IMG/VR virus record: IMGVR_UViG_3300020445_001256
Location: 23,448-87,447 of that record
Origin: a virus
Length of the DNA stretch: 64,000 bases
Strand: one strand, 5' to 3'
Part shown: positions 28,601 through 40,600 of the stretch, one piece after another
Layout: each line of letters opens with the position of its first letter
Numbering within the stretch: the first letter of the stretch is position 1
The notes under the pieces: model-generated
Seen by the model: the letters and a program-made list of their open reading frames with translations, nothing else
Databases searched by the model: none
Told to the model about the DNA's origin: nothing
Position numbers and translations under genes: made by a program

Positions 28601-31600
28601 AATCCTTTTGATGCATATATTGCTCTTATTGATACAACAGGTAATTTTGCACTTAAGAGAAAGGTTGCAGGTACTACTACTTCAGAAAAAATTACTGGAT
28701 TAGTTGTTAATGCTGGTAATGTTTATTTCTCTGTAGAGAGTGCTGCAAGTCCTAATGCTACTGCTATTGATCTTGGATTAGGTAAAGCAACAATTGGTAC
28801 TAGTGCAATTACTATTGATTATGTTAAAACATATTCAAATACTTCATATTCATTCTTAGATTCTAGTATTTGTATTGATGAATTTAATGAAATTTATTTA
28901 ACTGCAACTTGCAGACTTAAGGCAAATAATACAACAAAGAATAGTTTCTGGGTTGGTAAAACAGATATTGATGGTAATCTTATTTGGAACTATAGGTATC
29001 AGATACCTAATGAAAGTGGCACAGAATATGCAATTCAAGCAGTAAGTAAGACTGCAATTGATGTTTTTGGTGATCTTAACGTTGGTGTTACTTTAACAAG
29101 TGGAATTAACGGTCTTAAGACTGCAAGATCCTTTAAGATTGGTTATAGTGGTAATCTTAAGGAACATTCATCTAATCTCTTCAATCTTAATAATGTTGAA
29201 GGTGTTACTATTAATTCGTTAGATGTTGATAATTCTGGTGATGTTCATCTATATGGTCAATCTTCTTGGAATAGAAATGAATTCTTATTACCATTCACAG
29301 GTGGAGCAACAACAGATACAACTGGTCATTATACTCCAACTATAGTAACTACAGGAGGTTCATTAAGTTATGAAAATACTGTCCAAGGTGGATATGCAAA
29401 AATACTCGGATCTCAACTTGCAAGTCCAACTGTCTGGGAAAATGCTTACATTAAGTTCCCAGCTGCGGATCTTGGGACTAAACTTGCTGACGATTGGACT
29501 ATAGAATTCTTCCTTTATAGGGATAGTTCAAATAGTAATGTATTCAGTCAAAATGAAGAAACTCTAATTTCTATTGGTGATGCAACAGTCACAACTGGTG
29601 GTCTTTGGTTATACTTTGAAATTAGTACTGGTAAGATTGGATTAGCAGTTACTAATAATACTACTGCTTTAAATGCTGGAAGTGCTCAACTTAGCACAGC
29701 AACCACAATATATGCTACTAATACTTGGCAAACTATTGGATTAAAGAAAGAAGGAAATATATTTACTGTTTATAGTAATGGTATTCAAGTAATTCAATCT
29801 ACAGTTCCTGATACTTCATTAGGTAGTAAAGATTTAGTTATTGGTAATATTTCTGGTAGAAGTGGAACTCTTAATAACTGGCGTTCAAATGAACAGGGTC
29901 AATACCATGTTGATAACTTACGTTTGAGAAACAGAGCAGTTACACCAACTGTTCCTAGTGATATTGGTGTTTTACCTCTTGCTGGAGCATTTTCAATTGG
30001 ATATAATTGGGAAGATGATGCTTGGTTTACTACTAACTTAAACAAGTTTGATTATATTGATTACACTGGTATTGGTATTAAAGTTGATAAGAATGCTGAT
30101 GCTGCAAGAGTTGGTACTTATACAGAAAGAACTAATACTAAGTTAGGATTTATTAGAGCAGATGAAATAGGAACTACTATTACTCCTACATCACTTACTG
30201 TTGTAACAACAGGATTTGCATTAGCTGATGCTGGATTCCAAGGTTTAGACTTTGATGATGCCACTATAACAATGGCTCAAGATACTGAGACTATGACCTA
30301 TACTCAGGACGTATGGAGTTCTAGAACTGCTACTGTTCCTTCACCAGGTTCTCAGAAGTTATCTGTATCTGCTGTAGTTAAAGACAAATACTATTTCAAA
30401 GTAACTAATACTATAAAAATTGATAATGTTCAAGAACTTACTCTAAATCAGGCGTTTAATTTTACTACAGGAACAAAATTAAGACTTAATAATAATGCAG
30501 GAACCTTTGTTAATAGTGGATACATTATCAGACAGGATACTACTAATAATAAAATATATCTTGCAATTAATAATAATGCTTGGTCTAATGATCTAAACAC
30601 AGGTAACTTAGTTACAGAACAGTTTAGTGAGCAAAGCACTTATGGTATTGTTGGACCTATTCCTGCTGATGTTAATGAAATTGTAGGATATACATTTGCT
30701 CAGGTTAACAATACAACTCCTGGAACATTTGATATTGATCTTGATGATTATAATTTAAGTGGTACTGGTTATAATGCAGGTGGTGGACAAGACCTTGATA
30801 GTTATGCTAAGTTTAAACCTTATTCTGATAATGATTATTCAGTAAGAATTGATGAAGTTACTACTGGATCACCATATATCGTTGGTTCTGTTATTAATAT
30901 TACCGATAGTAATATTTCATATAATGCTGCTTATTCTACTGCACAAATTACTGGTTTAACTGCAGTTACCAAAATTACATTAGTTGCAAATCTAACTAAG
31001 ATTCTTCAAGTTAGTGCAGTATCTAATAGTGATGAAGTTTATGTAATTACTGGAACAAGTCATTACCTTTCTGCAGGTGAGATGATTTATGTTGATGGTA
31101 ACCCAACAGAGAACAGTCTTGACGAGTATGATGGTGCATTTGCTGTTAATTCTGTTGTAAGTCCATTAGAATTTACATATAAACTAAAACAGGTAGCAAC
31201 TACTTCTCCTGCTACATCAGCAGGTAGCGTTAACATATTTGTTAAATCTCCTGTATTGAAGATGTATTATGGTCACCAGTACATCTTTGACATGAGTCAT
31301 AGTTCATTACTTGGTGGTAACTTATCATTCTCTAAAGATAACCTATACAAACTTGAATATTCATTCAACTCAATTGAAAGAACTGGAACTCCTGGTGTAA
31401 GTGGAGAAGGTGTTCCTACACCTATAGTTAAGTTAAAAGTTGATGATAATATTTTAACTAACATATCATACTACTTTGATCCTTCAAGAATTGGAGCAGA
31501 TTCTCCAATTAATCCTTCTAGTTACCTAGATGTTACTAATTCTCCATATAAGGGAACATTCTCAATTAGTTCTGTTGCTGGTGCAACAATTACTCGTGGT

Positions 31601-34600
31601 GCTGATACATTCAAATTCCCTCTATTAGATGAACCAGAAGGTGATGCTGAAGTATCTCAGACAACTTATAGTACAAGTTCTGTTAAAGCAGTTGGATCTA
31701 TATCTGATGTTCGTATTGTCAACTCTGGTGGATTCTACACTAGACTACCAATTGTAAGTAGTATTACTTCTACAAGACAGATTGAAAGAGTTGCTATTGA
31801 GGATCCAGGTACTGAATATGCTAATGGTGTTTATAACGCTGTTCCTATTGCTGGTAATGGTGAAGGTGGATTAGTTGAAATTACTGTTGCTGATGGATTA
31901 GACAGTGAAGGTGTAACTATTCCAGGTCAAATTCAAGCAGTTACAGTTACTTCTCCAGGTAAAAATTATACTACTGCATCAATTGATATTGAAGCAATAC
32001 CTGGTATTCTTGGAGCAGGATTAACTGGTTCTGGTGCTAAATTAACTGTTGTTATTCCAAATGCAGGTACTCAGGCATCTATCTTTACTAAGGCAGATAA
32101 AGTTGGTAAGATTAAGAAACTTAAGAATAATAACTTTGGTTATGATTATCCTCATGACTATACACTACGCCCTGAGATTTCGTTCCCAATAAACGCACAG
32201 CTTACTTCTACAAGTATTCTTTCTAGTATTACTGTTACAAATCCAGGTTCTGGATATTCACAAGCACCTGCTGTTGTAATTACAGGTGGTGGTGGATCTG
32301 GTGCAACTGCAGAATCATCTATTAAGAATGGTAGATTAGACATAATCATTGTTAAGGATCCAGGTGCTGGATATTCTTCTACACCAACTGTTTCACTTAA
32401 GTCTTCATTCAACTATGTTGTTAACCTTGACTTAGGTCTTTTACAGTTTGCTTTCCCACATGGTATTACAAATGGTGCTGCTGTAACTTTAAACGTAGTT
32501 GATACAGGAGATGGTGCTGATTTCCCACTTGCTGCTGGTGCTGTTGGTCGTCTTAATGGAACTACTACTTATTATGCAATTTCTGGTGCTGCAAATTCAC
32601 TAGAAAATGACCAATTAAAACTTGCTCTTACTGCAGCAAATGCTGAATTAGGTGACGCTCTTTCCTTTGTTAACGCTGGTGAAGGTCGTCAACAAGTATT
32701 AACTGAATCATTTGGTGGTTCTGCTACTGCAAACGTTATCACTTCTACTTTCTTAGAAGGAGAACTTGTTTATCAAGGTGATTCATTAGATACTGCAACT
32801 GCTACTGGATACGTTTCTACTAACCAAGGTTGGCAGATTGGACCTAGAATTCTTAAGATTGTTGATTATACTGGAACTTTCGCAGAGACACAAAAGGTTA
32901 CTGGTGTTATTTCTAAGTCTTCAGGTACTATTAGTGATTTAAATATTGCTCGTGGTGTTCTTGAAATTGGTTCTATCACTAAAACTACTGGTCAATTCAT
33001 TGATGATGTTGGTAAACCATCTGAGATTATTCAGAAGATCCAAGACTCTTACTATTATCAGGACTTCTCTTATGCTATTAAGTCTGCTGTTTCTATTAGT
33101 GAGTGGAAAGAGATTCTTATTAAGAACGTTCACCCTGCATCATTTAAGGTATTTGGTGAGTTAAATCTATCTGATTATGGATTTATTCCAAATAAAGATA
33201 CAGATTTCCAACTTACTAAGTCTGTTGAACTTGCAAGAGAAGCGATTGTTCCAAATATTCAAAGTTTTGCTCTTGTAGAACCAATTTACTCAGAATTTAA
33301 TAATACAGAGGTTTTATTCCGTCAGAAGAGATTGACATCTTCTGAGAACATTTTGACTTCTGTTGTACAGAGAATTGATGATATTTCTGGTCAATTTGAT
33401 GGTGAGAAGATTGCATTCCCTCTAACAGTTGATGGCAACACCGTTGTTGCTAACGCTAATCAGTTAATGATTGTTTTGAATGGTATTGTTCAGAACCCTG
33501 GAACTGCATTTGAGATTCAAGGTGATTCTATCGTCTTTAGTGAACCACCACAACCACCTGCAAGTGTTAAGTATGTTAATATTAAAATATCACAGATTGC
33601 AATTGTAAGTAATACATTTACTAACCAAAGTGGTATTTTCCCAAGTCCAGGTAATGTTTTAACTGGAACAAACTCTGGTGCTAAATTGACTGTAACTTCT
33701 GTTGTTGGTGATACTATATTTGGTTTCATTACAGAAGGAACATTTATTGCTGCAGAAAACGTAACTGTTAGTGCAACTGGATTTAGTGCTAACTTAGATG
33801 TTCAAAGTAATGTTTCTAATATTGGATTATTCCAGTATGGAGAACAAGTTAAGAACTTAACTAATGATACTGCTAAAGTAGAACAGATTAACCTACAAAG
33901 AGGTTTGGAAAATGCATTAGCACAATTACGTTATACAGTTGGTCCTTCTACAACTTCAATAGAAGTAGTTCCTGATGGATCAACTACAGATGGTCCTGTT
34001 CCTGCTGGAACATTTACAACCAGTACAAGTTATCAACTTGGATCTGAAGTTGTTACTGTTACTAATATTGTTGATGGAAATGATTCAACAACTCTAACAG
34101 TTAGCAGAGGACAAAATGGAACAGTTGCTGTTTCACATCAAGAAGATTTCCCAATTTACGGAACTGTTATTGCAGTAACAGATGAACTTACTTTAAGTAA
34201 GACTGCTGGAACATATAAGTCTACTCCAGGTCTATTTGATATTCAATTAAATGATGTTATTATTGGTGCTAAATCTGGTGTTGTTGCTCGTGTTACTCAA
34301 ACAAGTGCATATCAAGATCCTACAACTCAAGAATTTATAAGTCAGGTTAATATTTCTGAAGGATCATCATTCTTTGGTCTATTGATGAATAGAATTTCAT
34401 CTACATCATATCCAAATATTGTTCTTGATGATATTTCTAAATCACAAGTTAGTGTTGTTCAGTATACTGATAATACTACTGCTTTCAACTCACAGTTCCC
34501 TGCTAATGAACAACTTAATAATATCGTAGTTCCTTATGATAATCTAGTTGGTGGACCTATTCAAGAGAATGAAACTATTAGAAATTACAAACTTAAGTAT

Positions 34601-37600
34601 GGTGGAAATACTGGTGAATTTATTGCTGGAGAAGGTGCGAGAGCAAGAAAACTTTCTTACATCAATCCTAAAGGTGATGGATTCTTTGCTAAAGGTCAAG
34701 TACTTAGAACTCAAGATACTAAAGCAGAAGTTCTTGGATTTAATCAGGCAGATCAGGTAATCTATCTTGGTAAAGTTGGTAGAACAAAGGCAAATGGTCA
34801 AGACTACCATATCCCATCATTCTCCAATAGTGCTCAACTGGATACCACAGTCAAATACTATGGAACTGCTTCATTACAATTAGCAGCAGCAACTAACGAT
34901 TATGTCACTATTCCTTCTTCAAGTGAATTTGCTTTTGGAACAGGTGCATTTACTATAGATCTAATGTTGCGTCCTGCTGCATCTTCTATAAGTGGAACTG
35001 CTACTATACTTGATATGAGAGCATCTGCTGCGAATGAAGTTGCTGGTAGACTATACTTACAAGCAGGTCAAGTTCGTTGGAACGTTAATAATGCTGATAT
35101 AGTTACTTCTGGTGCTACAGCTCTTACTGCAGATACTTGGGTTTATGTTTCCATTATGAAGTCTGGTACAACAACTAAGATTTTATTAAATGGAGTTGAA
35201 GCAGGTACAGCAACAGATAACACAACATATGTTGCAAAACCAATTAGATTAGGTTCTGATTATGCTGGTGCTAATAGTTTAACTGGATTCATTGATGAAT
35301 TAAGAGTATCTAATACTAACCGTCATCAAACAATTCCATTTACTCCTCAGAATGGTATTTGGCAGGGTGATGCTAATACTAAGTTATTATTACACTTTGA
35401 TGGTGCTGATGCTCAGACATGGACTGAAGATTGGTCTGGTGCAGAAGGATTTACTGCTGGTGAAGACTTTAATAATGATGCTATAATAGCTTCAACTCGT
35501 TCTTCTAATGCTACTCCTGGAGGATTTACTGGTAATACTCAAAGATATTATGATGCTGCTGATTTAATTCTTCTTAATAAGGAATTCCTTGCTCAAGAAG
35601 TTGTTTATATTCTTAAAGAAAGACATCCTCATCACACTGTTAAGGGTAGTGAAGTTGATTGTGAAGATGATGTTCGTGATGTATTAGATGCTATTATTTC
35701 TGACCTTCGTAATGGAACAAATAATAAGATCTGGGATGCATCTTCATACTATGTTGATAGAACATCATCTCCAATCGTATTGAAGTTTGTTTCTAATGAA
35801 GTTGATGAAGTAGTTTACACTTATGACAAACTTGAGGAAATGCTCAAGTATATTGTTAATAATACTCTTTGGGATGTTCAAGGTGATCATGGTTTAGTAC
35901 AGAAGACTGATTCTACTATTACAGAAGCTAGTGGTTTAACCACACAAACCTTCCAGCCTACTGCTGCTGCATATGATGCAGAAAGTGGTTATATGGTATT
36001 GACTGCTTCTGGACATGGTATGAGAGCAGAAAGAGGAATTACTGCAACTGGTGCTAGTTATACTGCAACAACAGGTGTTTTACAATTAACCGTTGCTACT
36101 ACCACATTTAGTGTATCTACTGCAACTTATGACCATACAACTGGTGTTATGGTCATAACAATTGGTTCTCATAGTTTGACAACCAATGATAATATTAGAA
36201 TTGCCACTGGTGGAATTACATTTAGTTGTAACAACGGTGGAGTTAGTACTGGTGCATATCCTCGTGCAAATGGTGCTAATACAGAGAGTGGTGCTGACTA
36301 TGCATACGATAGATGGCTTCCAATCCTTGCTGTAGGTGCAACAACTATTACTGTTAATGTTAATGGTGGTAAGGGTGCTATTAGTCATGCCTTTGCACAC
36401 ACATATTCAACTTCTTCTGCAGGATGTATTACTGCTGGTCATGGTCTTAATGAGGGAGATAGAATCAAGTTTGATCCTAATTCTCTTGTAATGAATTGCA
36501 CCTCTGATGGTAATACAGTTAATCAGAGTTATCCAAGACCTGATGATCCTGCTGCTCAAGGTTGGTTAGAAGTTATAGAAAATACTAGTACTACATTTGA
36601 TGTAAACGTTGGTAAATCACCTACTGTAAATTATACAGCAAGTGCTGGAACTTATGATGCTGATACTGGTTTCTTAACCATGAATATTGGTCAGCATAAC
36701 CTAAGAACTAGTAGAAAGTATACTGCAACTAATGCTGATTACACTGCATCTTCAGGTGCAATGAAGATCACTATTGGTGATAATATTGATGTTCATGATG
36801 CAAGTTATGTTGCTAAGAATGGTTTATTAAAATTAAATATTGGTCATCACAACTTCAAACAAGGTAGTTTAGTTAAGATTGCTCCTAACTCACTATTCTT
36901 TACATGTAGTATGGATGATCATCAATCAGTTCATGCATATCCAAGATCATCTGATCCTGTTTACAATGATGATATTGAAGTTATTGATATAACTGATGAT
37001 ACTATTACTGTTGATGTGGGAACATCTCCAGAAGTTTCATATACACCTACTGGTGCAACTTATAACACCTCTACAGGTGACATGGTTCTTACCATTGGTG
37101 CTCATAGTTTAGCTGCTGGAACTAGTATAAGACTTTTAGATGAATCTATAGCATTCAGTTGTAGTTTTGGTAGTGGTGGTACTAGTTCATATCCTCGTCC
37201 TACAGTAGACACTAAGAATGTTCAAACAGCATCTTATAATCCTCAAAGTGGTATATTATCCGTAACAACCACTGCTGCACATAACTTAACTGGTCCTACT
37301 GCTAAGAATGTTACTGATGCTACTTACAATGCATCTACAGGTATTTTACAATTAGAATCTGCTGGTCATGGATTTAGTCTTGGTGATAAGATAAGAATTA
37401 AAGATGATGCTTTAGTGTTTACTTGCACTAAAGATGGAAATGCAACAAACCATACATATCCAAGATCAACTGATCCTGTAAGTGGTCAATGGTTGACTAT
37501 TGTTGCTAAAGCAACTGATACGATTGATCTTCAAGTTGGTGCTTCTAAGATTGGTTTAAATGAATTTGCTCATACATGGGCTGGTGGTACTGCAAGTAAT

Positions 37601-40600
37601 GCTATTGAAAAAGCAAATGATGTAATTAAGATTGTTGATGAGTCATTAACATTTACTTGTGCTATGGATAATAATGGCACTAACCATTTGTATCCACGTT
37701 CAACTGACCCAATTAGCGGTAGATGGTTAATTATTGAGAATGTTGCATCAACTACTTTCGATGTTCAAGTTTTAGATAACGCTCCTTCTACTAACACATC
37801 TGCTCACACATTTGTTACTGCTACAACTGGTGCTATTCAAGCTAAGAGAGACCCTGCTCAAGGAACTGCACTTCCAATTACTGCTGTAGGTGCAACAACT
37901 ATTACTGTTAACGTTACCCCTGTTACTTCATATAGTTCAACAACTCATACATTCCAGTCTGCATCTCAAGGTGCTGTTAAGGTTGGTGGTGATTACACTC
38001 ATAAATTTGTAGATGCTGCCTCTGGTGCTATTATTCCTAATCACGGATTCTATACTGGTGATAGAATTATGTTTGAGGAAGGATCATTAGTCTTTACTTG
38101 TGGTATGGATAGTGATGCTACTAGACATGCATATCCAAGAGAAAGTGATCCATTCTATAATAAATGGTTGCCAATTAGTAGTGTAACTACAAATACTTTT
38201 AATGTTAATGTTGGAACAACTACTAATACACAATTTACACCTACTGGAGGAACCTACGATGGAACCACAGGTAAATTAGGTATTACTATTGGTGCTCACA
38301 CACTTGAAGTTGGTCAACATATTAAGATTGCTACTGGTGGAATTTCATTCACTTGTGCAATGGATGGTGGTACTGCTGTTAAGGCATATCCTCGTGCAAC
38401 TGATCCAGCAGACGGTGTTACTCTTCCAATTCTTGAAAGAACTGATACTACTATTACTGTTGATGTTGGTCAATCACCTTATGTTTACTTTGATGTTTCT
38501 GCTGCTACCTACAACCCAACATCGGGTGTCATGGTACTTACAATTGGAGATCATGGATTAACTGCTAATACAAGTATTAGACTTAAAGATAATTCATTAA
38601 CCTTTAGTTGTGATAATGGTGGTGTTGGAACTGGAACTTATCCTAGATCAAGTAATGACTACGTTTATCAGAAAGCAATTAATATTGATTCTGTAACTGA
38701 TACTACAATCACAATTAATGTTAATGGTGGTCAAGGTGCTATTACTAACACCAATGCTCATACATTTGTAAGTGCTTTACCTGGAGCAGTTATTGCTGGT
38801 GGTGCTTGGGCTCATACTTATTCAACTGCTGCATCAAATGCAATTTCAGTTGGTGGTAACTATACTCATAACTTTAAATCTGCAACTCCTGGTGGCATAG
38901 TAAGAGCTGGTGAGACTATTAGAATTGCTAAAGATGGTATTTCATTCAAGTGTTCACAAGATGGATATCAAACAATTCATTCATATCCTAGAACAGATGA
39001 TCCTGGATATAACACTTCTCTACCAATCTATAATGATGGAACATCTTATACTGCATCTAATGCAGCATATAATGCATCGACTGGAGAGATGGTTATCACT
39101 ATTAATTCACATGGATTTACAACCAGTGATCAAATTAGAATCGAAAATAATTCACTAACATTTACTTGTGTTAAGGATAGTAATACATCTATCCATAGTT
39201 ATCCTAGAGATAACGATCCTTATGTTCGTAGATGGTTGAGAGTTAGTGCTGTTACTGAAAATACATTCACTGTAAATGTAGGTAAGGCATCATCCTCAAC
39301 ACAACAGTACGCACACACATTTGCTAGTGCTGCTAAGAATGGTATTACCAAACGTGATAATACTGTTACAGTTAACGTTGGTGCTACTCCAACTAAGAGT
39401 TTCACACCGACTGCATCAACTTATAATCCTTCAACTGGTGCTTTAGCATTAACTATTGGATCACATAGTCTACCAGCTCCAACCACACATACACCAACTG
39501 ATGTTGCATATAATCCAACAACAGGTATTATGACTCTTACTATTAATGGTCATAACTTCTCTAATGGTGAAAAGGTTAAGATTGCTGATGGTGGATTGAA
39601 ATTAAGTTGTGCATTTGGTGGTGCTTCAGGTGGTGCTGCACAGAAAGATTACCCACGTTCAACTGACCCAATTAGCGGTAAGTGGATTCCTATTTCTGGT
39701 GTAACTACAAATACATTTGATGTTCAAGTTCTAGATGTAATTCCTTCTACAAATACTGACACTCATTCATTCGTATCTGCTGTTACTGGATGTGTAAGTA
39801 AAGCAAATTCAACAGTTAAGATTGCTGAGAATTCACTAGTTTATAAGTGTGCTGAAGATAGTAATGCTACTGAACATGCTTATCCAAGAAGCAACGTTGC
39901 TACTCATACAGCAGGACCAGGAACAAATTATAATCCTGTTACAGGTGTTCTAAAACTTAGTGTTCCTACAGAAAGTCATACACCTTCCACAGCAACATAT
40001 AACCCAACAACGGGTGATATGGTTCTAACTCTAGATTCAACTTCTGGAACATTTAATGTTTCTAATGCAACTTATAACACCTCTACAGGTGATATGGTAC
40101 TTACTATTGGATCTCATAGTTTAACCACATCAAATAGAATTAAACTTAAAGAAGGATCTTTGAAGTTTGCATGTAACTTTGCTAATGATAATTATCAGAC
40201 TGCAAAAGCATATCCAAGAGCTTCAGGTGCTAATACTACTAATGGTGCTGACTATGCATATAATACATTCTTACCAATTACCGCAGCTGATGCTACAACT
40301 ATTACTGTCAATGTTAATGGTGGTCAAGGTGCTATCAGTAACAATAATCAGCATAACTTCTTAACTGCTGATGCTGGTGCAGTTATTGTTGGTCATGGAC
40401 TAGAAGTTGGTGATAGAATTAAGATTGCTGATGAATCATTAACCTTTAGTTGTGATAATGGTGGTGTTGGAAATGGTTCATATCCTAGATCATCTAATGA
40501 CTATGTTTATCGTAAGTGGATTAGAATTAGAGCAGTAACTGGAACTACTATTACTGTTAATGTTAACGGTGGACAAGGTGCTATTACCAATACTAATGCT

